Source: a virus (taxonomy: Duplodnaviria > Caudoviricetes). From it: a stretch of 62,298 nucleotides of DNA. Both the position numbers and the translations under genes were made by a program. The first letter of the stretch is position 1. Each line of letters opens with the position of its first letter. Positions 17,800 to 28,600 of the stretch are shown in pieces. The notes beneath the pieces are model-generated. The model had not been told where the DNA came from. It searched no databases and saw only the letters and a list, made by a program, of their open reading frames with translations. Where the stretch lies: the IMG/VR virus record IMGVR_UViG_3300012928_000004, positions 1 through 62,298 of that record, one strand, 5' to 3'.

Positions 17800-18024
17800 A
17801 TGACTGTTGGACATCGTTTTGCAGGTAGTCTGCAAATTTTGAAGGATGCTGTTAACGGTAACATCGCGTTAGACGTTGAGTATCCAGCCCTTTTCCAAGC
17901 ACTATGTCGTTTCTATAGCGACCAGAGTGCACGTCACGTCCACTTCTGGGGACTTGATGTAGAGGAGGACTACACAATTCTGATTGATAACATGATTGCA
18001 GATGGGGTCTTGGAAACGACCTAA
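17800..18024 (+). CDS. Hypothetical protein
   Basis: AGGAG RBS; 74-aa ORF. Confidence 0.7.
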   Translation: MTVGHRFAGSLQILKDAVNGNIALDVEYPALFQALCRFYSDQSARHVHFWGLDVEEDYTILIDNMIADGVLETT

Positions 18025-18043
18025 CACTTATTACTAGACCCTT

Positions 18044-18661
18044 ATGTCAGATAACTTAGAGATAACAGCATACAAAGGACGCATTTGTGATAAGCACAAC
18101 GGTGATTTTATCTGGGGTGACTTCATTGATGAGTCCATTGTTGATGGTCTCAAAGATTTCTGGCACAATCAAGACATCATTGCATTTCATGATGGAATGG
18201 TGTTTAACGATGGGGATACTTATGTTGACAAGGACTACAAAGAATCTGTTGACCTACACATCCCCGTCTCCTTATCGCTCAAACCGATTCAAGACTATAC
18301 TCTTGCTTTGCAAGGGGTCTTGAATAAATATACCGAGAGGTTTCCATTTAGTGAACTCTCTCGGTTTTTAATTGTAGAACCTATGTCAATGCAATGGTAT
18401 CCACCTGGCGGAGGATTCAAGCAATGGCACACAGAAAGAGCAAATGCATTGCCAGGCAACGTGTATCGACACCTTGTCTTCATGACATACCTCAACGATG
18501 TCCCTGATGGTGGCACTGAATGGTTTTACCAAGACAAATATGTTCCTGCTCAAAAAGGTTACACAGTTATATGGCCTGCTGATTGGACGCACCACCATAG
18601 AGGTGTCGTTTCCAACACATCAGAAAAAGTTATCATTACAGGATGGTTTTCTTTCGTATGA
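18044..18661 (+). CDS. 2OG-Fe(II) oxygenase (P4H-like)
   Basis: YPPGGGFKQWHTE, FMTYLNDVPDGGTEW, WPADWTHHHRG, K.IITGW. Confidence 0.85.
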   Translation: MSDNLEITAYKGRICDKHNGDFIWGDFIDESIVDGLKDFWHNQDIIAFHDGMVFNDGDTYVDKDYKESVDLHIPVSLSLKPIQDYTLALQGVLNKYTERFPFSELSRFLIVEPMSMQWYPPGGGFKQWHTERANALPGNVYRHLVFMTYLNDVPDGGTEWFYQDKYVPAQKGYTVIWPADWTHHHRGVVSNTSEKVIITGWFSFV

Positions 18662-18694
18662 GGTGCTATAATGCCAAGGTTAGGACAGCAACAC

Positions 18695-18964
18695 ATGAAA
18701 CCAGTAGTATTGCTAGAGCGTTTCCCGTATCGCTACGTTGAAACTGGCACTCTAGACAACGGTACACCAGATTACCGTATCCAGAAACTTGATTCTTATA
18801 CTAATCGTTATAAGGACATGTATCTATGTGACAATTCCATGCAACTGGACATCGCCATGGAAGACTTTGAGTATACTAAATGGTTGGACCCTGATGGGGT
18901 GCCTGCCTATGTAAAAGACACAGCACGTAATTACTATGCACAAAACATTTCAGAAAGCGACTGA
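18695..18964 (+). CDS. Conserved cyanophage hypothetical protein
   Basis: LERFPYRYV..NGTPDYRIQK..DMYLCDN..WLDP; TGCTATAAT extended -10 at 18664-72. Confidence 0.7.
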   Translation: MKPVVLLERFPYRYVETGTLDNGTPDYRIQKLDSYTNRYKDMYLCDNSMQLDIAMEDFEYTKWLDPDGVPAYVKDTARNYYAQNISESD

Positions 18965-19277
18965 CGCTCTGAAGGAAGCGTTTAAGGAAGCACTTGAAGA
19001 CGATAACTTCGACCAGAATACTATCAGCGAAGTCTGGAGGCACTATCAAGGCATGAAACGCATTACAAAGGACCTCCCAAAGCATGAGCATACGGATAAC
19101 CGTATCTTCCTGTCCGATGAAAACGGTATGGGTAGTGTGATGACCACAGATTTTTCATCAACATATGCTGCTGGTCCTGTCCACATTCAAGGTGGCGCAG
19201 GCAGTGATGTCATTAGTTTTGAGGATAACCTGAGTATTAATACACAGGACGGTGACGGAACTGTCACATTCATTTGA
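18936..19277 (+). CDS. Hypothetical protein
   Basis: 113-aa ORF. Confidence 0.6.
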   Translation: MHKTFQKATDALKEAFKEALEDDNFDQNTISEVWRHYQGMKRITKDLPKHEHTDNRIFLSDENGMGSVMTTDFSSTYAAGPVHIQGGAGSDVISFEDNLSINTQDGDGTVTFI

Positions 19278-19320
19278 CAAAAGTTTAGATTTCCTATATA
19301 ATATTGTAACGTTTCTTAAC
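19274..19320 (+). promoter_or_regulatory. Sigma70 promoter of hli with overlapping HLR1-like (RpaB) direct repeat
   Basis: TTGACA, 17 bp, TATAAT (19274-19302); minus strand 19303-19320 reads GTTAAGAA-AC-GTTACAAT. Confidence 0.6.
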
Positions 19321-19329
19321 ACACGACAA

Positions 19330-19530
19330 ATGACTGTAATTACTGAAGAAGGCGGACGCCAAAATATGTTTGCCACAGAACCTCCCATGCAATATGATGA
19401 GAGTTACAAGGGTTACGGTCCACATGCAGAGATGCTTAATGGCAGACTTGCAATGTTAGGATTCATCGCTGCCGTCGTTTCATACGTCTCTAGCGGCAGT
19501 ATCTTTTTCTTCGGTGCCTTCGGCATCTAA
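19330..19530 (+). CDS. hli: High-light-inducible protein
   Basis: NMFATEP...AEMLNGRLAMLGF. Confidence 0.93.
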   Translation: MTVITEEGGRQNMFATEPPMQYDESYKGYGPHAEMLNGRLAMLGFIAAVVSYVSSGSIFFFGAFGI

Positions 19531-19558
19531 TCCATCAATCTATTATAGGAAAACTACC

Positions 19559-19666
19559 ATGACTCCAGAAGCAGAAAAGTTTAACGGTTGGGCAGCTATG
19601 CTCGGCATTGTTGCAGCACTTGGTGCTTATGCAACTACAGGACAAATCATTCCTGGCATCTTCTAA
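19559..19666 (+). CDS. hli: High-light-inducible protein (35 aa)
   Basis: MTPEAEKFNGWAAMLGIVAALGAYATTGQIIPGIF*; not in the ORF track. Confidence 0.95.
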   Translation: MTPEAEKFNGWAAMLGIVAALGAYATTGQIIPGIF

Positions 19667-19687
19667 GAAGATTCGCATACATATCTG

Positions 19688-19722
19688 AGAGGTTGATGTT
19701 TAGCATCCCTCTCTATTTTTTT
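19688..19722 (+). terminator. Probable terminator after hli pair
   Basis: GAGAGG..GATG-TTTAG-CATC.CCTCTC then T7. Confidence 0.55.
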
Positions 19723-19739
19723 CCTTGTTTGTTATTACT

Positions 19740-20291
19740 ATGATTTCTATTCTCTTGGCAGCATCTGTAGGTGCTGTAGCACCAGGCGGAGTGGCAGCAG
19801 ACGCGATTAAACAAACACCTCCTGCAGAAAAGCGATGGGTTTGTGATAGTTGCTCTCCAGAAGAGCAGCAAGCACTATCTTATCTGCAAGAGCACGCTAA
19901 TATCAACGACAAAAATGCACTTGCAACTATTCTTGGGAATATTAGACAGGAGTCTAATTTCCATGCCAATATATGTGAGGGAGGTGCTAGAATTCCTTAC
20001 CACGATTGCCATCGGGGTGGGTATGGCATCATTCAGTGGACCTCAGTAGGTCGATACAATAACCTCGGTAAATTTGCTGAGCGTTTTGACTGTGACCCTT
20101 CAACTTACGACTGTCAACTTCGTTACATGGTTAACGAATCAGTCTTCCAACGTCAACTCCCTTACTTCCAAGGAGGGGGTCAAACCATCACGTACTATAT
20201 GAAACCTGCTTATCGCTGGTTGGGATGGGGTATCAAAGGCAATCGTGAAGTCTATGCTTACGACTATCTAAATAAGATGAGTTACAGCTAA
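19740..20291 (+). CDS. Phage tail-lysozyme-family (lysozyme-like) protein with signal peptide
   Basis: ATILGNIRQES (catalytic Glu) and GYGIIQWT motifs; hydrophobic N-terminus. Confidence 0.75.
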   Translation: MISILLAASVGAVAPGGVAADAIKQTPPAEKRWVCDSCSPEEQQALSYLQEHANINDKNALATILGNIRQESNFHANICEGGARIPYHDCHRGGYGIIQWTSVGRYNNLGKFAERFDCDPSTYDCQLRYMVNESVFQRQLPYFQGGGQTITYYMKPAYRWLGWGIKGNREVYAYDYLNKMSYS

Positions 20292-20296
20292 AGGTC

Positions 20297-20473
20297 ATGA
20301 AGAAGTTTGCCCTTGAAATGTGTCACGAAAGAAAGGGTTGGGTCAGATTACAACACTACTCTAATCTAACTGAGCATAAAGCAAACTTCTTATACCGTCT
20401 CTGTGAGATGGCAAGTGATGCTTTTAGCAACCCCAAAACTATGAGAATTGTTGAGCAGAATGAAAATTTATAA
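20297..20473 (+). CDS. Small hypothetical protein (58 aa)
   Basis: MKKFALEMCHERKGWVRL...; fills the gap between neighbours. Confidence 0.5.
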   Translation: MKKFALEMCHERKGWVRLQHYSNLTEHKANFLYRLCEMASDAFSNPKTMRIVEQNENL

Positions 20474-21104
20474 GTTTGGATGCGAGCAATTTACTCCCTT
20501 TGCACCACACTGGGAGTATCTTGTTGCAGAAAAACAAACAGCATCAGATTACTCACCACTTAAGGATGAGATTCTAGAGAAAGAGAAAGATATAATTGCA
20601 CAGTTTGAATACGAGAATGACTGGGGCACAGGACTCGGAAAGAATAGTCTTACTGCACGGTCTAACAGATATAACCTGCTAACGTTTGACAATGCAGGAG
20701 TGTTACGTGAAAACATTAGAAAATTTCACGATGAATTTTTAGAGCATATTGGTATGACCATGCGTGGTCCTATCTATGTGCAGTGTTGGGCAAATGTAAT
20801 GAGAAAGAATGCCAAGATACAGGTCCACTGTCATGGTTTCTCTCCTTACTCTTACCTTAGCGGACACCTATGTGTGCAGGTAAGTGACACTCAAACACAT
20901 TATTATAATCCATATGCTGTAGAGCCATGGTCATCAGACAATCAGAATGGTAAGATGACTCTCTTCCCTACGTGGTTGAAGCATGGCACCGACCGTGTGA
21001 TGGACAGTGAAGAAAGAATCACAGTTGCATTTGACATCATGGATGAGCAAGGGTATACTATAGATGTAAAGGATGACATGAAACCTCACTGGTTTGCACT
21101 ATGA
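20460..21104 (+). CDS. Putative 2OG-Fe(II) oxygenase (HxH type)
   Basis: CWANV, HCH, LSGHL, LFPTWLKH, RITVAFD. Confidence 0.8.
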   Translation: MKIYKFGCEQFTPFAPHWEYLVAEKQTASDYSPLKDEILEKEKDIIAQFEYENDWGTGLGKNSLTARSNRYNLLTFDNAGVLRENIRKFHDEFLEHIGMTMRGPIYVQCWANVMRKNAKIQVHCHGFSPYSYLSGHLCVQVSDTQTHYYNPYAVEPWSSDNQNGKMTLFPTWLKHGTDRVMDSEERITVAFDIMDEQGYTIDVKDDMKPHWFAL

Positions 21105-21394
21105 ATGAAGACTGGCGTTACGATGATGGTAAACTTCACGAGAGACAGATTTGTCTAACGTGTTTGATTCATAACAATATCCCTATAAATAGAGATGTAT
21201 ATGAGTTCTGTAATCATATTGTTAGTAATGGTATCCTTGGGTCTGAATTGCCAACGGAAGAGAATCCGTTGACAGATAAACTTGCAAAACATAACAACGA
21301 TATCTTTGATATGGTTGCACCAACACTCCTAAAAGAATTTAACCTATGGAATAAATTAAATGAAGGAGCCGTCAAGCACCAAAAAAACATGTAA
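21101..21394 (+). CDS. Hypothetical protein
   Basis: 97-aa ORF with ATGA overlap. Confidence 0.6.
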   Translation: MNEDWRYDDGKLHERQICLTCLIHNNIPINRDVYEFCNHIVSNGILGSELPTEENPLTDKLAKHNNDIFDMVAPTLLKEFNLWNKLNEGAVKHQKNM

Positions 21395-21494
21395 ACGAAT
21401 AATTAAAGCAGCAAAGAAACATCCTGATTGGTATACCAAAGAGGATGTTATGTATGCTAAGATGATAAAAAAAGCAATCAAAAAGAAGGATTAA
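21360..21494 (+). CDS. Small basic hypothetical protein (44 aa)
   Basis: MKEPSSTKKTCKRIIKAAKKHPDWYTKEDVMYAKMIKK...; abuts the halogenase start. Confidence 0.55.
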   Translation: MKEPSSTKKTCKRIIKAAKKHPDWYTKEDVMYAKMIKKAIKKKD

Positions 21495-22961
21495 ATGATG
21501 AGAGTTGTGATTGCAGGTGGCGGCACATCCGCATGGATGACCGCCTCTGCCCTTTGTAAAACCTATCCCAAGTGGGACATTACTATTATTACTGGTGGTC
21601 CTGCCATTGGTGTAGGTGAATCCACAACTCCACACATCAATCAATACCTAGACTACATGGGTATTGATGACATAACTTTTCTTAAAGAGGCAAAGGCAAC
21701 TTACAAAATCTCTTCAAGGTTTGAAGATTTCTCTGGTATAGGTGAAGTCTTTCACTATCCTAATGGACAATCTCTTAGGACTGACCTGACATGGCATCAA
21801 TGGATGTCTGCTAAAGAGTATACAATGATGCTGCCATCATTTGCTGAGGTATTTCAACCTGCTGTTACTATTGCAGAGGCAGGTAAACTTCCCCTCAGTC
21901 ATAAGTTGTTGCACTCATACGACTTATCGAGGGACAGAAGTTTTCACATAGATGGTAAAGCATTTTCAGAGTTTTTACAAAAAACTTACTGTAAAACTAT
22001 TAAGGTGGTTGACAGTAAGATTAAGTCCGTTCGCTACGCGGGATTCAACGTCGAGTATGTCGTGGTCGGTGGAAACCACTTTACCATCGGGGGCGAAAAA
22101 ATTTACGCAGATTTGTATATCGACTGTACTGGTCAGCAAGCAGTTATTGGTGGAAAACAATCCAGTTGGATTCCCTACGACACAATCCTCACGGATACCG
22201 CCCTCGTAAAGAAGGTTGATTACTCTCTTCTCAAACACGAGATGGTCCCCTATACAAATGCTAAGGGGATGTCTGCAGGATGGGAGTGGACTATTCCTAC
22301 ATGGGATTATGTTAGTAAGGGATATGTATTCTCTTCCAAGTATCAGGGACTAGAAGATGCCTTCCTTGAGTTTGCTCAGGAAGAACCTAGTGTCATCAAG
22401 TTTGATAATGGTAGGCACGAGAGAGCGTGGACAGCTAACGTAGTGTCCATTGGACTCTCATATGGGTTTATCGAACCGTTAGAATCTACGAGTCTGTTTA
22501 ACACAGGTCATGGCATCCTCGCCCTCATGGACATTCTGGACGAGAGTCTGCTTCCTGGTCAATTTGCTAGGGACAGATTCAACTTCAATATGTCAGAGCA
22601 TATGGACGGATGGCGTGAGTTTGTCGAAGCACATTACTATTATTCCAAGCGTCGTGACACTCCCTTCTGGAGAGCAGTTACGGATGAGGTGGAGTATGAC
22701 ATGACTGGTGCTCATCAGACTATCATGCAGGCAATGATTACTGGGGAAGAAATTCCTCACGGTCTTGACCCTATTGTGTATATACTGGCAGGGTCTGGTT
22801 ATTCCAACGTGAATTCTAGACTTGACCAGTTCTTTGGGACTGCACCTGAGGCAGATGAATTCAGTGCTCAGCATTGGTTTCTTCATCATCAGAATGTAAA
22901 ACGCTTATCCGACGAGATGCCTACCCAGCATTCTTACTTAGAAAAGACCATCTGGTCTTGA
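21495..22961 (+). CDS. prnA: Flavin-dependent tryptophan-halogenase-like protein
   Basis: GGGTSAW, IGVGEST, ATYK (catalytic Lys), DCTG, GWEWTIP, FIEPLEST. Confidence 0.88.
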   Translation: MMRVVIAGGGTSAWMTASALCKTYPKWDITIITGGPAIGVGESTTPHINQYLDYMGIDDITFLKEAKATYKISSRFEDFSGIGEVFHYPNGQSLRTDLTWHQWMSAKEYTMMLPSFAEVFQPAVTIAEAGKLPLSHKLLHSYDLSRDRSFHIDGKAFSEFLQKTYCKTIKVVDSKIKSVRYAGFNVEYVVVGGNHFTIGGEKIYADLYIDCTGQQAVIGGKQSSWIPYDTILTDTALVKKVDYSLLKHEMVPYTNAKGMSAGWEWTIPTWDYVSKGYVFSSKYQGLEDAFLEFAQEEPSVIKFDNGRHERAWTANVVSIGLSYGFIEPLESTSLFNTGHGILALMDILDESLLPGQFARDRFNFNMSEHMDGWREFVEAHYYYSKRRDTPFWRAVTDEVEYDMTGAHQTIMQAMITGEEIPHGLDPIVYILAGSGYSNVNSRLDQFFGTAPEADEFSAQHWFLHHQNVKRLSDEMPTQHSYLEKTIWS

Positions 22962-22986
22962 CAAAGTTAGGAAAAGCATATATAAT
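22958..22986 (+). promoter_or_regulatory. Sigma70 promoter of psbA
   Basis: TTGACA, 17 bp, TATAAT. Confidence 0.85.
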
Positions 22987-23029
22987 AGGATGAGTCGTTA
23001 CACAACGACACAATCCATACTTTTGACTC

Positions 23030-23130
23030 CTTAAACCGAGACCTACAGGGTCATTAAACACGTCTCTCATACCTACACTGGAGGGTGGTGTAGGAATACT
23101 TACCTCAGTGCATACCCCGCACTCATACTT
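23030..23130 (+). ncRNA. PhotoRC-II-like RNA motif in psbA 5' leader
   Basis: GAGAC..GACC-TACAG-GGTC..GTCTCTCAT, CCTACAC-TGGAGGGTG-GTGTAGG, AGTGC-ATACCCC-GCACT hairpins; the loop GGGT and loop ACCC can pair. Confidence 0.75.
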
Positions 23131-23142
23131 ACCCTAAATCAA

Positions 23143-24219
23143 ATGACTACTCTTTCACGTCAAACGCGACTCTCTAATTGGGAATCGTTCTGCGAGTGGG
23201 TCACAAGCACAAACAACCGTCTCTATGTTGGTTGGTTTGGCGTCTTGATGATTCCTACACTGCTCGCAGCTGCTACATGCTTCATTGTTGCATTTATCGC
23301 TGCTCCTCCTGTGGACATCGATGGAATTAGAGAACCAGTTGCTGGCTCTCTCATGTATGGAAACAACATCATCTCTGGTGCTGTTGTCCCTTCTTCAAAT
23401 GCAATCGGTCTACACTTCTACCCCATCTGGGAAGCTGCTTCTCTTGATGAATGGTTGTATAACGGTGGTCCTTACCAACTCGTTGTCTTCCACTTCTTGA
23501 TTGGCATCTCTGCTTACCTTGGAAGACAGTGGGAATTGTCCTACCGTCTTGGTATGCGTCCTTGGATTTGCGTTGCTTACAGCGCACCTGTGTCTGCTGC
23601 TATGGCAGTATTCCTTGTGTATCCTTTCGGTCAAGGATCCTTCTCTGATGGTATGCCTCTTGGTATTTCAGGTACATTCAACTTTATGTTTGTATTCCAA
23701 GCAGAGCACAACATTCTGATGCACCCATTCCATATGCTTGGAGTTGCTGGTGTTTTCGGAGGGAGTCTCTTCTCCGCAATGCATGGTTCTCTAGTTACTT
23801 CTTCACTCATTCGTGAAACCACTGAGAATGAATCTCAGAATTATGGTTACAAGTTTGGTCAAGAAGAAGAGACCTACAACATCGTTGCCGCACACGGTTA
23901 CTTCGGTCGCCTTATCTTCCAATACGCTTCATTCAACAACTCAAGAAGTCTTCACTTCTTCCTTGCTGCATGGCCTGTGGTTGGTATTTGGGCAGCATCT
24001 ATGGGTGTCAGCACTATGGCATTCAACCTCAACGGATTCAACTTCAACCAGTCTGTCCTAGACAACTCTGGTAAGGTGCTTCCTACTTGGGCAGATGTCC
24101 TCAACCGTGCTAACCTCGGTATGGAAGTAATGCACGAGCGTAATGCTCACAACTTCCCATTAGACCTCGCTGCTGCTGAAAGCACACCAGTTGCTTTGAC
24201 TGCACCTGCGATTGGATAA
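23143..24219 (+). CDS. psbA: Photosystem II D1 protein
   Basis: [30 protein letters not shown]; intron-less. Confidence 0.99.
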   Translation: MTTLSRQTRLSNWESFCEWVTSTNNRLYVGWFGVLMIPTLLAAATCFIVAFIAAPPVDIDGIREPVAGSLMYGNNIISGAVVPSSNAIGLHFYPIWEAASLDEWLYNGGPYQLVVFHFLIGISAYLGRQWELSYRLGMRPWICVAYSAPVSAAMAVFLVYPFGQGSFSDGMPLGISGTFNFMFVFQAEHNILMHPFHMLGVAGVFGGSLFSAMHGSLVTSSLIRETTENESQNYGYKFGQEEETYNIVAAHGYFGRLIFQYASFNNSRSLHFFLAAWPVVGIWAASMGVSTMAFNLNGFNFNQSVLDNSGKVLPTWADVLNRANLGMEVMHERNAHNFPLDLAAAESTPVALTAPAIG

Positions 24220-24243
24220 TAATCCTTTGTCTACACACAATCT

Positions 24244-24270
24244 GGACCTGCCTAGCGGGTCCTTTTTTTT
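24244..24270 (+). terminator. Rho-independent terminator after psbA
   Basis: GGACCTGC-CTA-GCGGGTCC + T8. Confidence 0.85.
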
Positions 24271-24326
24271 CGCTTCAATCATTTTTGCTCCATTAATGTT
24301 ACGTTTAGTAAAAGGATTATTGTCAA

Positions 24327-25382
24327 ATGGTTACAAGCACATTGTCAGTCCCTCAACGGGGGTGGTTCGATGTCCTTGACGACTGGCTTAAGAGAGACCG
24401 TTTCGTTTTTGTTGGTTGGTCTGGACTTCTTCTTTTTCCCACTGCTTATCTCGCTATTGGTGGTTGGTTTGTTGGGACTACTTTCGTCACGAGTTGGTAT
24501 ACTCACGGACTCGCGACCAGTTATCTTGAGGGTGCGAACTTTCTTACTGCGGCAGTTTCTACTCCAGCAGATTCTATGGGTCATTCTCTACTTCTTCTAT
24601 GGGGTCCTGAGTGCCAAGGTAGCTTCGTCAGGTGGTGTCAACTTGGGGGACTCTGGTCTTTTGTGGCGCTCCACGGTGCCTTCGCCCTGATTGGTTTCAT
24701 GCTACGTCAGTTTGAAATTGCACGTCTAGTTGGTATTCGTCCCTACAATGCTATTGCGTTTTCTGGTCCTATCGCTGTTTTTGTCAGCGTCTTCCTTATC
24801 TACCCACTGGGTCAGTCCAGTTGGTTTTTCGCTCCGTCCTTTGGGGTGGCAGCAATCTTTAGATTCTTACTCTTCCTTCAAGGATTCCACAACTGGACAT
24901 TGAATCCTTTTCATATGATGGGAGTGGCAGGTATCCTTGGTGGTGCTCTGCTCTCTGCTATTCACGGTGTCACTGTTGAGAATACTTTGTTTGAAGATGG
25001 AGAACAATCTACAACTTTTTCGGGTTTCGATTCGACTCAAGAAGAGGAAACCTATTCGATGGTTACAGCAAACCGTTACTGGTCACAGATTTTCGGTATT
25101 GCTTTTAGTAACAAGCGTTGGTTACACTTCTTTATGCTTTTTGTCCCTGTCATGGGGCTTTGGACATCTTCTATTGGCATCATTGGGCTTGCTCTTAATC
25201 TCCGTGCTTACGACTTCGTGAGTCAAGAGATTCGTGCCGCTGAAGACCCAGAGTTTGAAACTTTTTATACTAAAAACATCCTCCTCAACGAAGGACTTCG
25301 TGCTTGGTTAGCACCTGTTGACCAACCACATGAAAACTTCGTATTCCCTGAGGAAATACTTCCAAGAGGCAATGCACTTTGA
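24327..25382 (+). CDS. psbD: Photosystem II D2 protein
   Basis: [39 protein letters not shown]. Confidence 0.99.
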   Translation: MVTSTLSVPQRGWFDVLDDWLKRDRFVFVGWSGLLLFPTAYLAIGGWFVGTTFVTSWYTHGLATSYLEGANFLTAAVSTPADSMGHSLLLLWGPECQGSFVRWCQLGGLWSFVALHGAFALIGFMLRQFEIARLVGIRPYNAIAFSGPIAVFVSVFLIYPLGQSSWFFAPSFGVAAIFRFLLFLQGFHNWTLNPFHMMGVAGILGGALLSAIHGVTVENTLFEDGEQSTTFSGFDSTQEEETYSMVTANRYWSQIFGIAFSNKRWLHFFMLFVPVMGLWTSSIGIIGLALNLRAYDFVSQEIRAAEDPEFETFYTKNILLNEGLRAWLAPVDQPHENFVFPEEILPRGNAL

Positions 25383-25500
25383 ATACATCCAAGTGTGGGT
25401 TATCACACTACTAATCTTCTTTCTTCTGAATCAGAATACTGATGATGACGATGATGATACAGGCGGCGGTCTAATGCAACCAGCATATGAAGGTCGCTAA
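25372..25500 (+). CDS. Small membrane peptide with DDDDD-x-GGG-xM motif
   Basis: [42 protein letters not shown]. Confidence 0.6.
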   Translation: MHFEYIQVWVITLLIFFLLNQNTDDDDDDTGGGLMQPAYEGR

Positions 25501-25528
25501 ATAGATGTGGCTACCCCACATCGTCGCT

Positions 25529-25567
25529 AAAAAAGACCCTCTGGCAAAATCCAGAAGGGTCTTTTTA
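25529..25567 (+). terminator. Bidirectional-type terminator
   Basis: AAAAAGACCCTCTGG-CAAAAT-CCAGAAGGGTCTTTTT. Confidence 0.8.
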
Positions 25568-25573
25568 ATGCTC

Positions 25574-25581
25574 TATAAATA
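25574..25581 (+). promoter_or_regulatory. T4-type late promoter
   Basis: TATAAATA before the 1335-aa gene. Confidence 0.75.
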
Positions 25582-25604
25582 CCAACGTAAGTAATCTCTA
25601 TAGT

Positions 25605-28600
25605 ATGGCTGGCGAGTCCATTAGATCTATCGTGCAGAGATGTTACACCGCCGCACAGGAGGCAGGTGTTGCTATACCTTTGTCCCAAAGTGACTTGGAC
25701 CAGTTGAGTATCCAAGCACCAGCGTCGTCTGGACCCCTCTCACCATCACAACCAGCAGGCAGTGGACCTGTTGCTCCTCCAGACCCTAGAGATGTCATAG
25801 CGGACCTTGTAGGCAGGTGTTACGGTCCTGGTGTCATACCTAACGCACCTAACACACTTGACCAAGACAACCCACGACCAAGTATTGTACCTCCAGCAGC
25901 AGTGCCAGACCCTATGCCTGGTCAGGTTATTAGGGATGTGATTGGTAGATGTTATCCTGATGGTCTTATCCCACTAGAGGATAACCCTCTTGATAAAGAT
26001 AATCCTACACCTAGGACTCCAGAGGTGCCTCTGACACCAGACCCTACACCCAATGAAGTTATTCAAGAATTGGTTGGTAGATGTTATCCCGACTTAGGTG
26101 ACCTAGGATTACCACCTCTACCTATTGATAAGGATGCTGACTTTGATGGTATTGAGATTGATATCACTGATACAATCGATTGGATTAATGACTTTGTAGA
26201 TATTAAATTCCCTTTCACTGGTCCTATTGTTACTGTCCCTCCCGATGGTCCAGACGGAAAGACTACTGTCTCTATCGGTAAGGATGGTGACCAGTGTCTT
26301 AAGGTTGCTAGGTTACACTCACTAGGACTACTTAAAAAGATTGATAAGGACACCTATAAGCACAAAGAGACTGGTGAAATACTCAAGTGTGAAGGTTTTG
26401 ATGAGGAAGATGATCCTGGTTGGGGTAGGTGTGTAAGGAAAGCAGTTGAATGTATGATGCGTCCTTACATTGGTGGGCAATGGTTGCCACCATCTCCATC
26501 ATGTGAAACATATTGGCCTAGTGGTTGGAGTGCTAACAAGAATGAGATTTGTATTGCTAACTGTTACCCTGATAGACTTGCAGTATATGAGCATGGTCTA
26601 GGTAGTGGTAACTCTACTATTAATGTGAGGTTTAACCACCGTAATAAGAATGGTATGTGGAAGCAGACTGTGATGACCACAGATACTAGCGGCAATAATA
26701 CCAGAGGTTTTATTCGTAATGAAGGTGGTGCTCAAATCTTCAACAGTAATTACTCAGGGACATTCACTACAAGCAGTGGTGGTATCTCTGTCAGCGTTAG
26801 CGTTAATGCTATCCCTGATGGTGGAGACTATGATAGTGAGTGGAAGATTAATAGTTGGTCAGGTAGTGCACCACCTGGCACTACATGGACGCACAATTTT
26901 AACGTAGGTAATAACACAGCATACTTAGACTTTGAAGTGTTTGGTAACGTGGCAGGTGATACCATCTACACTACCAGTGCTACACCTCCTAATGGATATA
27001 GCATCCAGAATAATGGACAACCTATATTCCATGTCCTTAAGGAAGCAATACCTGGCAAGACAGTCCCTATCTTTAATTACTATTCAAGTAGTAAAACTGA
27101 TAGCATGTTGTCTACTAATCCAGGTGCACCTGATGGACCTGGTGCAGGTGAGAGGTCATATATTAATACGCATGGATACATCTTCCAGTATGTTTTAGGT
27201 CATGGTTTTATTACAGCAGCAGATGGACTAGGATATAAACGTAAGACAGAGGACAACATTCAACCACTTGTCAGGTTGTTTGATGCACCACCTTGGGACC
27301 ATCAAGCATGTATTGATGCTGAGATACCGATGGATAGTCCATCAAGGTATAAAGGAAAGAATTCATATCGTATTCCTAAGAAATCTAGACAAGACCTTAG
27401 AGTCACAGTTGACTGTGAGCATGGTGCTGCTGGATACGATAACTCTCTAGGTTTTTACCTAGCAAATGACAATGGACCTCAGAAGGCTTACATCATTGTG
27501 CCATCTGCTAAAGCAAACAAAGACCAAGAGTCTATTGTTGTGCCTATCAAAGACCTTGAGCAGTATGCTGGAGGCACCATGGGATTCTTCATCGTGCCTG
27601 ATGGTGACGAGAGGAATAGTTATGACCGTGGTGATGAGTTTAGTATCAACTCCCACTCTAATGGTCATGGTGCTGGTTTCCGTGGTAGTGGTATTAGTAG
27701 TGCAGAGAATGATTACATTCTATTCTCAGACCACAGGTGGAATCCTGAGGGTGGTAAAGACTATACTAAGTGGGCAGGTAGTGGTAAACAATTCTGGGAA
27801 GACCTTATCGATGGTGACGATGACTATGATGACCTAAAGTTTTACCACATCATTGAGTGGAGGACTGAGAATGATAATTTCGATGGTGTTTTATGCTATG
27901 TCTATGAAGACGCGGCACCACCGAAAGTAACAAGGCCCATCAATCCACAGGTCCAATGTGAAACCAGACTACTTAAGAGTGGTTTCAAAGATATCGTATT
28001 GCAACGTCAGGATTGTGGAAGCATGACTGCTGGCACAGAGCAATACACTATTGACTATGAGTGTGGTAAGTGCACAGGTGGATACAGTAATAGAATGAAT
28101 CAGTCTCAGACTATTGAGGTTGTTACTGGTGGCACATTCTTATTCACTTCTGGTGGTGGTATTACAAATGGTATCCTAGGAGAGTGCACCAAGTTTAAGA
28201 TTAGAGTTAAGAAGAATGGCACTCAGGTTTATGAAAAGAATTGGTTAGCATCACACTGGCCGCCTATTGGTAGTGCTATTACAGGAGAGATTGCTGTATC
28301 TGCAGGCGATACTCTAACCTTTGAGGTGCCTGAGATTATTAATGGTGGTCCTAATGCATCTGTATCACCTGCTCTACACCTATACAATTCAGAGTCCTCA
28401 GCATATGAATCATCATTCAGTATCAATCTAGTGACACTTAATGGTGATGATGTTGTTGCACAGTCAGTAGGTAATCCTGCTACTAACGAGCAGACTAATC
28501 CTAACGGTGAGATTACTGGTCTTGCTATGCAATACAAACCATCAACAGCATCTGAATTTACTTGGATGCCTGGCTCACATAAGAGTGAAAGTTATCATAT

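Noticed and set aside
17575-17864. Minus-strand ORFs across the tRNA
   Set aside because: Translations (VGFEPTT) are tRNA antisense artefacts
23143-25382. Group I intron or homing endonuclease at psbA/psbD
   Set aside because: Both ORFs are continuous and full length; the spacer is about 100 nt and holds a terminator
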